A stretch of 46,528 nt of DNA. Origin: Actinomycetes bacterium (GTDB taxonomy: Bacteria > Actinomycetota > Actinomycetes > JAKEEW01). A model generated the notes under the pieces. That model worked only from the letters and a program-made list of their open reading frames with translations. It searched no databases and had not been told where the DNA came from. Shown in pieces: positions 8,647 to 17,092 of this stretch (position 1 is its first letter; each line of letters opens with the position of its first letter). The stretch covers positions 1-46,528 of the forward strand of contig DASYTV010000008.1 in the NCBI GenBank assembly GCA_036001885.1, written 5' to 3'. A program made the translations under genes and the position numbers.

Positions 8647-8856
8647 TCACCCATAGGTCGAGTTGAGATCGGGGAGAAGTCCGAGCAGCTCCTCCATTGC
8701 CTGCATGTACTGCTCGGCGCCACGGACAGTCCTCGCGCCAGGCCAATAGCCGACGACGTCGTCGGTAATGATCGACGGGATGTACGTCAAATCGGGGACG
8801 CTGGACGTGGGCGTCGGCCAAACCGTCCACCCCGCCGGCCAAACCGCCAGCGTCAT
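8647..8856 (-). pseudogene. NTF2/SnoaL-like domain fragment (N-terminal half only)
   Basis: 'IITDDVVGYWPGARTVRGAEQYMQAMEELLGLLPDLN' resembles the first half of SnoaL/NTF2-like proteins. The ORF stops after 69 aa and no continuation exists in any frame. Confidence 0.4.
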
Positions 8857-8929
8857 TTGTGGCCGGTGTCATTGCAGTCGCCTTTCGCCGCCGCTATCCC
8901 TGAGCGCTCCAGCATCGCCCGGCTCCCTC

Positions 8930-10429
8930 TCACGCCAGGTCGAGCGTCCGATCGACACCTTTTCGCCAGGCGGCGACACCGCGAGCGCGTTCATCCTCGC
9001 CCATCTGAGATTGCCAGCGGCGGGTGATCGTGTACTTGGCACGCAGCTCGTCGAGGCCTGACCAGAATCCGGTTGCAAGCCCCGCGGCAAAGGCGGCGCC
9101 GGTGGCGGTCATCTCGGTGACGGCGGGGACCGCCACCGGAGAGCCGAGAATGTCGGCTTGGAACTGCATCAGCAGGTCGTTCTGGGTCATGCCTCCGTCC
9201 ACGCGCAACTCCCCGAGCTGCGCGAGTCCCGTGTCGGCGAGCATGGCCTGCGCCAGGTCATACGTTTGGTACGCGGTCGCCTCCAGCGCAGCCCGCGCAA
9301 TGTGTCCCTTGGTGGCGAAACGCGTCAGGCCGACGATCACGCCGCGCGCGTCGTCGCGCCAGTACGGTGCGAACAAACCGGAGAAGGCAGGAACGAAGAC
9401 CACGCCTGCTGAGCCATCGACCGAACGTGCGAGGGCCTCGACCTCACGAGCGTCGTCGATGATTCCGAGGTTGTCACGCAGCCATTGGACAAGCGCGCCG
9501 GCCATGGCGACCGAGCCCTCGAGGGCGTAGACCGGGTCCGCATCGCCGAGCTTCCACGCGACCGTCGTGACCAGGCCGTGCTTGGACATCAGCGGTTCGT
9601 TCCCCAGCGTGAAGAGCAGGAAGGCGCCGGTGCCGTAGGTGTTCTTCATGTCGCCGTGGTCGAAGCAGGTGTGCCCGAACAGCGAAGCCTGCTGGTCGCC
9701 GAGGATGCTCGCGACAGGCACGCCGGCCAAATCGCCGACCGCCGTGCCGTACACCTCGCTGGACGAGCGGATCTCCGGAAGACCCTGACGCGGGATCTCC
9801 ATCACGTCGAGGAGGTCTTCGTCCCATTCGAGCGTCTGCAGGTTCATCAAGAGGGTCCGGCTTGCGTTGGTCGGATCGGTGGCGTGCACCCCTCCCTCAG
9901 GACCCCCTGTGAGGTTCCAGAGGAGCCACGAGTCCGGCGTGCCGAAGAGAAGCTCCCCGCGTCTGGCCGCCTCCCGCCTGGTTGGGTCTTGGTCGAGCAG
10001 CCAGGCAAGCTTCAGTGCAGACGAATACGTCGAGATCGGCAGGCCGGTCCGCTGCTGGAACCGATGGATGCCTCCGTCGGCCGCGAGCGCGTCGGCCGCG
10101 GCGGCCGTACGTGTGTCCTGCCAAGTGATAGACCTGGCAACCGGGCGTCCCGTCCGTCGGTCCCAGAGGACAGCGCTCTCGCGTTCGTTCGTGATTCCGA
10201 TTCCCGCCACGTCCGCCGACGAGGCGCCCGTCGAGCCGAGCGCCTCGTGGATGCACTCCTGGGTTCGCTTCCAGACCTCGTCCATGTCGAGCTCGACCCA
10301 CCCCGGCCTTGGGTAGTACATGGTTTGAGCGCGTTGAGCAGTCGCGATTGGGCGGCCTTCCCCGCTGAAGAGCATGCAGCGCGTGCTGGTGGTGCCGTGG
10401 TCGATCGCTGCCACGAACTTGGCGGCCAT
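8930..10429 (-). CDS. glpK: glycerol kinase
   Basis: 499 aa. 'FVAAIDHGTTSTRCMLF', 'GWVELD', 'ITNERESAVLWDRRTGRP' and 'GTGAFLL' are collinear with the bacterial GlpK (FGGY) family. Confidence 0.95.
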   Translation of the reverse strand: MAAKFVAAIDHGTTSTRCMLFSGEGRPIATAQRAQTMYYPRPGWVELDMDEVWKRTQECIHEALGSTGASSADVAGIGITNERESAVLWDRRTGRPVARSITWQDTRTAAAADALAADGGIHRFQQRTGLPISTYSSALKLAWLLDQDPTRREAARRGELLFGTPDSWLLWNLTGGPEGGVHATDPTNASRTLLMNLQTLEWDEDLLDVMEIPRQGLPEIRSSSEVYGTAVGDLAGVPVASILGDQQASLFGHTCFDHGDMKNTYGTGAFLLFTLGNEPLMSKHGLVTTVAWKLGDADPVYALEGSVAMAGALVQWLRDNLGIIDDAREVEALARSVDGSAGVVFVPAFSGLFAPYWRDDARGVIVGLTRFATKGHIARAALEATAYQTYDLAQAMLADTGLAQLGELRVDGGMTQNDLLMQFQADILGSPVAVPAVTEMTATGAAFAAGLATGFWSGLDELRAKYTITRRWQSQMGEDERARGVAAWRKGVDRTLDLA

Positions 10430-10432
10430 CGC

Positions 10433-11410
10433 TCAGGCATCCTTCTGGATCAGTTTCCGGGCCGGTGTGGCTCGGGCCGCCTCGCCGTCCGCAGTCGGTG
10501 TCGCCGCAGAGGGCGCCTCCGATTGCAGTTGCACCTTCGCGGCATTGAGGTCACGGAGTGCATCGTCGCTGAGGGTTGGGTACTGCGGGTCGATGTCGAT
10601 CAGCGTGTGCGCAATTACTGCGCCGGCCGCGATGCGCGCAAACCACTTGCGGTCGGCAGGGATCACGTACCAAGGCGCCCACGCGGTGGCGGTGTGACTG
10701 AACATCTCCGAGAACGCCTCCTGGTAGGCATCCCACGACCGGCGCTCCTCCACGTCGTGCGAAGAGAACTTCCAGTTGTGGTCGGGGAGATCGATGCGCC
10801 TGAGGAAGCGGAGGCGCTGCTCCTCTTTCGAGAGATTCAGGAAGAGCTTGACGATCCGGAACCCGTTCTCGGACAGGTACTGCTCCCAGTCGTTGATCGC
10901 TTCGTACCTGCGTTTCCAGACATGATGTCCGCGTGTCTCGGCCGGGAGCTTTTGGCGCAGGAGGTTCTCCGGGTGCACCCGGACGACCAGCACCTCCTCG
11001 TAGTGCGACCGGTTGAAGATGCCGATCTCGCCGCGCGATGGCAGGCGTTTCTGGTAGCGGCGCAAGAAGTCCTGGTTGAGCTCGAGCGCCGAGGGGACCT
11101 TGAAGCTCTCGACCCGCACGCCCTGCGGGTTGAGGCCGCTCATCACATGGCGGATCGTCCCGTCCTTGCCCGCCGCATCGAGCGCTTGAAGCACAACCAG
11201 GACGCCGTACGTGTCCTGAGCAGCGAGCCGCGCCTGGTAATTCACAAGGAGCTCGATGCCCTCGTTCAGCAGTGCGACCCCGTCCTTCTTCCTCTTGACC
11301 CCTCCTTCGAACGCGGGATCGAAGTCCTTCGCCAGATTCACCCTCGAGCCAGGGCTGACTCGGAACGGTTCGATAAAGCGCGCGATTCGACTCGATGCGT
11401 CGTCGATCAT
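10433..11410 (-). CDS. ppk2: polyphosphate kinase 2 family (polyphosphate:nucleotide phosphotransferase)
   Basis: 'VLVVLQALDAAGKDGTIRHVMSGLNPQG' (Walker A-like) and 'FNRSHYEEVLVVRVH' match the PPK2 domain. The stop lies 3 nt from the glpK start. Confidence 0.9.
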   Translation of the reverse strand: MIDDASSRIARFIEPFRVSPGSRVNLAKDFDPAFEGGVKRKKDGVALLNEGIELLVNYQARLAAQDTYGVLVVLQALDAAGKDGTIRHVMSGLNPQGVRVESFKVPSALELNQDFLRRYQKRLPSRGEIGIFNRSHYEEVLVVRVHPENLLRQKLPAETRGHHVWKRRYEAINDWEQYLSENGFRIVKLFLNLSKEEQRLRFLRRIDLPDHNWKFSSHDVEERRSWDAYQEAFSEMFSHTATAWAPWYVIPADRKWFARIAAGAVIAHTLIDIDPQYPTLSDDALRDLNAAKVQLQSEAPSAATPTADGEAARATPARKLIQKDA

Positions 11411-11454
11411 GCGTCAACGCTAGCGCTGGTCGATGCTGTGCGAATCGGTGCAAA

Positions 11455-11640
11455 GTGCCGAACAGTTGCGGAGACCGCGCGTCGAATCGCCTCGCGAGTT
11501 CAAAACCCGACGAGATCGACCTGCACATCGCGCCGGTGCTACTCGGCGATGGGATCCGGCGGTTCGACAACCCCGGGCCCCGGCGACGTCGGACGCGTTA
11601 AGCGCTGGGCTGGCGTTATAGCAGGTTCGCGCGTCGCAAT
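11455..11640 (+). pseudogene. RibD C-terminal / dihydrofolate-reductase-like family fragment
   Basis: '..LASSKPDEIDLHIAPVLLGDGIRRFDNPGPGDV..' matches only the last ~45 aa of RibD_C-type reductases. It needs a frame change, has no N-terminal part, and is overlapped by the convergent 11616 gene. Confidence 0.4.
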
Positions 11641-12623
11641 CGACGCCCCGCCCACAGCCCGACCGGCAGCGGCAGCCAATACGTCGCCGCCCGAAAGATG
11701 ATCACGGAGAGCAGCGCGGAGCCCGAACTGTACCCCCCGAGCACCAACCCGCCGATGAGCGCCGCCTCGGTGACACCGAGGAAGGGTGGCAATGGGGTCG
11801 CGCCCCCGGCCGCGGCCGCGACCAGGTAGATCGCCACCAGCGCGCCGGCGGGCAACGCAGTCATGGCGTGACCCCAGACGTCGACGACGGCGACGAACCC
11901 GGCACTCATCGCCACCGTGGTGGTCATCGATGCAGCGGTCGCCGCAATGACCCGGCGTGGCCGGACCGCAAGGGCGCGCATATGCGCCACGGCGTGCCTG
12001 GTTCCGCGAGCAATACCGGCCATCGCCCGTCCGCGCGAGCGCAGGAGGACAACGGTGGCCAGCACGGCCACGGCTGCCACCAGCACCCAGGGGTTCCGCT
12101 GTCCAGCACGCAGCCCATCCGCGGTCAGAGCGTGTAGTTCCCGAGTGGCCCCGGCGAGTCCGATCGCTGGACCAATGGCGGTGACCGCACCGACGCACAA
12201 CGCATCGGTGGCAGCCCCGACCACACCGAGTGCCGCCACCGCACTCGTGGCGGCGCCGGGAGTAAGGCCGGCCCGCAGCAGGTACCGCAGGTTGACCACG
12301 GCTCCGCCGATCCCGTTCGGCACCATCCGGTTCACCGCGCCGGCGGCGAACTGCACGAACGTGGTCGGCCCAAGCGGGAGCCGTTCGTCACTGACCGCGC
12401 GGAGCGCGAACGCCGCGCTGATGTAGTGGATCGCAACCACCAGCGGCAGCAGCAGCATCGCCGAGATGGCCGGCCATGGCACGTGCGACAACATCTCTGT
12501 GGTGCTGTCGGCGCGATCTTCGCTAACCACCGTCCAGACAGCGAGCGCGGTGGCCGTGATGAGGCTCGCCGTCAGCACGGATTCGGGGCGTGCGGCGACT
12601 CGAGCTGCCTGGCTCCCCCGCAT
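11616..12623 (-). CDS. flippase-like / lysylphosphatidylglycerol-synthase TM-region family membrane protein (UPF0104)
   Basis: Multi-TM. 'NRMVPNGIGGAVVNLRYL' and the C-terminal 'GGATPLPPFLGVTEAALIGGLVLGG...IIFRAATYWLPLPVG' fit the LPG_synthase_TM pattern. The ATG at 12623 is preceded by GGGAGAG; the track's start at 12635 is a TTG. Confidence 0.65.
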   Translation of the reverse strand: MRGSQAARVAARPESVLTASLITATALAVWTVVSEDRADSTTEMLSHVPWPAISAMLLLPLVVAIHYISAAFALRAVSDERLPLGPTTFVQFAAGAVNRMVPNGIGGAVVNLRYLLRAGLTPGAATSAVAALGVVGAATDALCVGAVTAIGPAIGLAGATRELHALTADGLRAGQRNPWVLVAAVAVLATVVLLRSRGRAMAGIARGTRHAVAHMRALAVRPRRVIAATAASMTTTVAMSAGFVAVVDVWGHAMTALPAGALVAIYLVAAAAGGATPLPPFLGVTEAALIGGLVLGGYSSGSALLSVIIFRAATYWLPLPVGLWAGRRLRRANLL

Positions 12624-12699
12624 CTGCTCTCCCAACGCGATTAGCAGTCTGCGGTGTAACTATGTCTGCTCAGCCTGAGAGAAACCTGTGAGACGACGG

Positions 12700-12925
12700 C
12701 TTACTCCTGGTGGCAGCCGTGCTGGCTCCTAGGCGAATACGAGGGGTAGCGCGAGCAAGGCGCTCGCACATGGCCTGCGTGCCCGGCTGCCTCCGAAGCG
12801 CCCGTGGCATCCGGTAAGCAAAGCCCCCTCCGGTCAGGGAAGGGGCTCCCGACTTGGTAGCGGGGGTGGGATTGAACCCGCGACTGCCCTAGGGCCAGAT
12901 CGGCATGTGCACCGATCCTGCAGTG
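12700..12925 (-). promoter_or_regulatory. candidate structured leader RNA (cobalamin-riboswitch-like); alternative reading is a tRNA 3'-end relic
   Basis: On the minus strand: 'UAGGGCAGUCGCGGGUUCAAUCCCACCCCCGCUACCAAGUC' resembles the AGGGAA..GGUGxxAAUCC..CCCGCxACxGU core. A 10-bp stem runs AGCCCCUUCC/GGAGGGGGCU (12822-12847). 'UGCCACGG' follows. 'GAGCCAGCACGGCUGCCA' (12711-12728) matches 12 of 16 positions of the B12 box. The whole element is ~200 nt and ends ~90 nt upstream of the 12623 start. Confidence 0.35.
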
Positions 12926-12961
12926 GGAGGCCCGTCGGGCGGTGGGCGCGGGCATGGCGCC

Positions 12962-14452
12962 TTACAGGCCGGTTTGCGCGGTTAGCCGGCCCGAGTTCAC
13001 GGCCGCGGTGAACGCGTCGTAATCCCGCTCGTTCTGGTCGGCATAGGCCGCGGAGAAGTCCGCGATCGCCTGGTCGAAGGCATCTCCTTTGCCGAAATAT
13101 GAGGCGATGGCGATGCGGTCACCCCAGCGGGCGTGCGCACGGGCGAGGGTCGCCCCGCAGATGCGCGCGTACAGGGTGGCTCCCGGCCCCAGCAGATTGT
13201 CCACCTCCGCGCCACCTTTCCAGTCGTGGAACTGCCGCACGTAGTAGTCGCGGGTCACGCCGTCTAGCCCCTTGATGCGCTGCCAGCCCAGGAAGATGTC
13301 AGTCGCGGCCTGCATCAGCCGCTGGCCCGTCACGACCCGCTCACCGTGGTGGGCATACCGGCTCTTGCCGACGAACCGCTCAAGCACCGAGGCTTGCGCC
13401 TCTTTCACCTGCAGGAATAGCGGGTCGGCGTGGTCGCGGCCGAGCAGCAGCAGGATGTAGCAGCGGGTCCCGACGCTGCCCACGCCGACGACTTTGCGGG
13501 CGGCGTGGACGTAACTGAACTCCTCCACCGGATGGCCATGGCGGCCAAGGGTGCGCCGGTAGGAGGCGAGCAGCTTCTTGATCAGCGGAGCTGGGTCCTC
13601 CCACTCCGACCCCCGCGCGATGATGTCCTCGATCGGGACGATCAGCGGCGGGTCGGGCACGATCCGCAGCTCACCGCCGGACTCGCTGGCCCGCTTGGCG
13701 AACACTCGGGTGCTGTCGCGGGTGTAGGCCTCGGCTACGCGCCGCCTGGCCGTCCGCCGCTCCCTCTTGCTCACTCGCTTCACCCGGACCTCCTGGCGGA
13801 CCAGGTTCAGCAGCACGCCTGCTTCGAGCTGGTCGTACCATGCGTCCAGGGTCCCCATTCCAGCGGCCTGGCGCATGCGGCCCCGGTACTCGGCGACCCC
13901 AGCCATAACCACGGCCCGCCGGTCGGCGGGCGAGAAGCCCCGGGCACGGCCCATCACCTCGAAGCTCGCCGCCATCCGCTTGATGTCCCACTCCCACGGG
14001 CCGGGCAGAGTCTCGTCGAAGTCGTTGATGTCGAACAGCATCCGCCGTTCCGGCGTGCCGAACAGGCCGAAGTTCGACAGGTGAGCGTCCCCGCACAGCT
14101 GCGCGGTTATCCCCGACGCCGGGGTCCCCGCTAGGTCGGCGGCCATGATCAGCGCGGCGCCCCGGTAGAACGTGAACGGCGAAACCAGCATCCGCCCATA
14201 ACGGATCGGGACCAGCTCGGGCACCCGGCTGGCCGCCTGCTTTTCCAGCAGAGCGATCGGGTCCGGACGGTCTGGCGCGGGCTCCCACCGCCCGTGCGCC
14301 GCCCGTGGCACCTGCGCGCGGGCCTCCTTCCCCCTGGCGACCCGCTCCGCCACCGTCAGGTGCTCACGCCTCCACCTGGCCATGGACGGGGAAACCGGGG
14401 GGCCAGCGGCCCCCGCCTGGTCTGTCCCGGTCTGGTCCGCACTTATCACCAT
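12962..14452 (-). CDS. DUF2252 domain-containing protein
   Basis: 'GKEARAQVPRAAHGRWEP..RPDPIALLEKQAASRVPELVPIRYGRMLVSPFTFYRGAA' and 'CGDAHLSNFGLFGTPERRMLFDINDFDE' are characteristic of DUF2252. An alternative start is the ATG at 14383. Confidence 0.85.
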   Translation of the reverse strand: MVISADQTGTDQAGAAGPPVSPSMARWRREHLTVAERVARGKEARAQVPRAAHGRWEPAPDRPDPIALLEKQAASRVPELVPIRYGRMLVSPFTFYRGAALIMAADLAGTPASGITAQLCGDAHLSNFGLFGTPERRMLFDINDFDETLPGPWEWDIKRMAASFEVMGRARGFSPADRRAVVMAGVAEYRGRMRQAAGMGTLDAWYDQLEAGVLLNLVRQEVRVKRVSKRERRTARRRVAEAYTRDSTRVFAKRASESGGELRIVPDPPLIVPIEDIIARGSEWEDPAPLIKKLLASYRRTLGRHGHPVEEFSYVHAARKVVGVGSVGTRCYILLLLGRDHADPLFLQVKEAQASVLERFVGKSRYAHHGERVVTGQRLMQAATDIFLGWQRIKGLDGVTRDYYVRQFHDWKGGAEVDNLLGPGATLYARICGATLARAHARWGDRIAIASYFGKGDAFDQAIADFSAAYADQNERDYDAFTAAVNSGRLTAQTGL

Positions 14453-14482
14453 GTGTGCCTCCGACCGCCGCCCATGCTCCCC

Positions 14483-16951
14483 TCAGCCGCCGCCCGGCGG
14501 CCCGGCGGTCGCAGCACCGGGGCTGAGCCCGAACACAGCGCGGTCGCCAGCGCGCAGTTCGCGAACGTCGCCGGGGACTCCGGCCGCGATCGGGCGGCTC
14601 ACGCTCTCGGGGTGGACAGCCAGCGTCAGGTGTTCGCCGGTGACGGTGACCAGTATCGGCGTCTCCCGGAACTGGATCGGGAACGACAAGCCATCCAGCT
14701 GACCCGGGAGACAAGGATCGAAGTACAGCACATCGCCGCGGACCTGGGTGCCCGCGTAACACCGCTGCATGACGTCGAGTGTCCCGGCCATGACACCGAC
14801 GTGGATGCCTTCCTTCGTCGTGCCGCCCTGGATGTCGTCGGCGTCGCTGCCGAGCGCGACCAGGAATCGCTCCCACGAGCTTTCGGGGTCGAGCGTGGCG
14901 AGTACCCCCGCGTGAGTGACAAAGCTCAATGTCGAGCCGTGCGAGGTGCGCCGGTCGTAATAGGCGACGTTCCGCATGGCGGTGTCGTCGCCATAGTCAT
15001 AACGGAGCCGCCCGAAGATCTCGCGGAGCTCGTCGTGCGAGAACAGGAAGAACAGCATCACTGTGTCGGCCTGCTTGGTGATCTTGTACCGGTTCGGGTC
15101 GTCACCATCTGCACGCAGGATCCGGTCGAGCCGCTGGATGTTGCCGTATTTCGCGCGGTATGCGTCCCAGTCGAGTTCCTCCAGCTCGCCGTAGCCCTCG
15201 AACTGGCTGATGATTCCATCGCCGTGGAACGGAACGAACGTCCGGCGGCTCATGTCCTGCCAGAGCGCCAGTTCGTCGGCGCCGATGCCCAGCCGTGCAC
15301 GCAGCGCCTCGACACGGCTGTCAGGCAGCAGCGTCAGCAGCTTGCCGGCGATATCCCACAGCCACGCCACCATGATGTTGGTGTAGGCGTTGTTGCGCAG
15401 CCCGCCCTCCGGCGCATCCGGGTATTTCTCATGGAACTCGTCGGGGCCCATCACGCCGTGGATCTCATAGCGCTCCCGCTCGGGGTTGAAGTGGGCGATC
15501 GATGCCCAGAAGCGCGCGATCTCGAGCATCATCTCCGCGCCGTAGCGGTCGAGGAACTCCAGGTCATTGGTTGTCTGGAAGTAGCGCCAGATGCTGTAGA
15601 AGATGGCGGCGTTGACGTGCCGCTGGTTGTGGCTGAGGTCAGGCTCCCAGCGGCCCGACAGCGGGTTGAGGTGGACGCGCTGAGTTTCCTCGGTACCCTC
15701 GCTTCCGCTTTGCCATGGGAACATCGCGCCCCGCCAGCCTGCCTCCCGGGCCGCTGCCCGCGCCTCCCCCATCCGGCGGTAGCGATACATCAGCAGCCCT
15801 CGCGTGACCTCGGGCAAGCGGAAGTTGAAGAACGGCAACGCATAGATCTCGTCCCAGAACACGTGCCCGCGGTAGGCCTCGCCGTTGAGTCCGCGGGCGG
15901 GCAGCCCCGCGTCCAGGTCGGCGGTGTGCCGGGAGCAGACCTGAAGGAGGTGCGCGATGTGCAGCCGGAGCAGCAGTTGCACCCCACTGTCTCCAGACAC
16001 GCGCACGTCGCACACCCGCCACAGTTCGTCCCACGCCGCACTATGGCGCCGGAACGAGGCGGCGAATTCGTCGTGCCGGGCCGCCGACGTGGCCGCTCTC
16101 ACCAGCGTGTCGCTGACCGCCGGATCCCGTGAGGTGTAGAACGACACCATCTTCTCGACCCGGATGGCCGCGCCCTGATGGACGTCGAAGGCCAGCACCT
16201 GCTGGACGTAGTCCTCCATTTGATAGAGCGTTCGCCTTACCGGCAGCTGTTGGCCGCCGCTGAACACGCGGGTGCGGGTCGCCTGGCTGATGTACAGATT
16301 CGACTGCCGGGTCTCGGCCTTCAGCGCGATGACCTCGGGCCCGAACGTCCGCGGGGAGACCGGGCTCAGGTGGCGGCCTTCCAGCTGCTCGTAGCGCGCG
16401 ACGCCGCGGTTGCTCACCCGGCCGTCGAGTGCCGAGATCACCTCGACCCGGCCCGACCAGTTCTCCGGGACGAGCGTCCACTCGATCCCCGCGTGGTGAA
16501 CGTCAGCCATGCTGACGAACCGGCGGCTTTTCAGCGTTGTCTCCCTGCCACCGCCATCACGAAACCGGAGCTGGCGGACGAGGGTCACGTTCCGCATGTC
16601 GAGCTCATGGCGGTAGCTGAGCAATGTGACATCGGCGAGCCGGATCGCGTCCTCGCCCTCGATACGCAGCTGGAGGACCAGCCAGTTCGGCAGGTTGACC
16701 AGGTCCTCGTTGAGCACGGGCTGGCCACCCAGGATCGTCGTCTCACGGTTGTAGCCGCCGTGCGCATAGGTGCCCGGATAGTGCACGCCGTCGGCGTCTT
16801 CCCACTCCGCCGCGCCACGTGTGCACAGGTAGCCGTTGCCCGTCGAGGTCAGCGCCTCCCGCAGCCCCTCATTCCCGGGATCGAAGCCGTCATAGGCGAG
16901 CAAGAAAGCGTCCACGGCACCTCCTGCCGGCGCGGCCGACTTTGCGGTCAC
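14483..16951 (-). CDS. glycoside hydrolase family 65 protein (disaccharide phosphorylase-like)
   Basis: 822 aa with a GTG start. N-domain 'GNGYLCTRGAAEWEDADGVHYPGTYAHGGYN'. Catalytic region 'IHGVMGPDEFHEKYPD..LRNNAYTNIMVAW'. Confidence 0.9.
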   Translation of the reverse strand: MTAKSAAPAGGAVDAFLLAYDGFDPGNEGLREALTSTGNGYLCTRGAAEWEDADGVHYPGTYAHGGYNRETTILGGQPVLNEDLVNLPNWLVLQLRIEGEDAIRLADVTLLSYRHELDMRNVTLVRQLRFRDGGGRETTLKSRRFVSMADVHHAGIEWTLVPENWSGRVEVISALDGRVSNRGVARYEQLEGRHLSPVSPRTFGPEVIALKAETRQSNLYISQATRTRVFSGGQQLPVRRTLYQMEDYVQQVLAFDVHQGAAIRVEKMVSFYTSRDPAVSDTLVRAATSAARHDEFAASFRRHSAAWDELWRVCDVRVSGDSGVQLLLRLHIAHLLQVCSRHTADLDAGLPARGLNGEAYRGHVFWDEIYALPFFNFRLPEVTRGLLMYRYRRMGEARAAAREAGWRGAMFPWQSGSEGTEETQRVHLNPLSGRWEPDLSHNQRHVNAAIFYSIWRYFQTTNDLEFLDRYGAEMMLEIARFWASIAHFNPERERYEIHGVMGPDEFHEKYPDAPEGGLRNNAYTNIMVAWLWDIAGKLLTLLPDSRVEALRARLGIGADELALWQDMSRRTFVPFHGDGIISQFEGYGELEELDWDAYRAKYGNIQRLDRILRADGDDPNRYKITKQADTVMLFFLFSHDELREIFGRLRYDYGDDTAMRNVAYYDRRTSHGSTLSFVTHAGVLATLDPESSWERFLVALGSDADDIQGGTTKEGIHVGVMAGTLDVMQRCYAGTQVRGDVLYFDPCLPGQLDGLSFPIQFRETPILVTVTGEHLTLAVHPESVSRPIAAGVPGDVRELRAGDRAVFGLSPGAATAGPPGGG

Positions 16952-17092
16952 CGACGGCGGACCGGCCGCGTCGAAGGTGTACCCACTCCACCCGTTCTAC
17001 ATGTGCTGGACGGAGGCGCCCACGGCCCCGCATCGCTGTAGGCCTCACCTTGATCGGCACGCCACCGAGACGGGTGTTCAGGGAACTTCCTC

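Noticed and set aside
12671-12700. A TPP-riboswitch-like 'CUGAGA...AACCUG' string on the plus strand.
   Set aside because: The two boxes are adjacent, with none of the intervening helices. The orientation points into the antisense of the DUF2252 gene, and no thiamine-related gene is nearby. It is probably coincidence.
12855-12960. A possible intact tRNA (or tRNA-Sec/class II tRNA, or tmRNA) on the minus strand, suggested by GGGUUCAAUCCC + CCCCGCU-A-CCA.
   Set aside because: No 5' acceptor strand (AGCGGGG/GCGGGGG) exists within the available ~105 nt before the next CDS. The T-stem has a mismatch and a 6-nt loop. The only anticodon-arm-like hairpin (GGAUCGG/CCGAUCU) has a 6- or 8-nt loop. tmRNA needs ~370 nt and a GGGGCUG 5' end, and neither is available. 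I kept it only as a relic or riboswitch-hairpin hypothesis.
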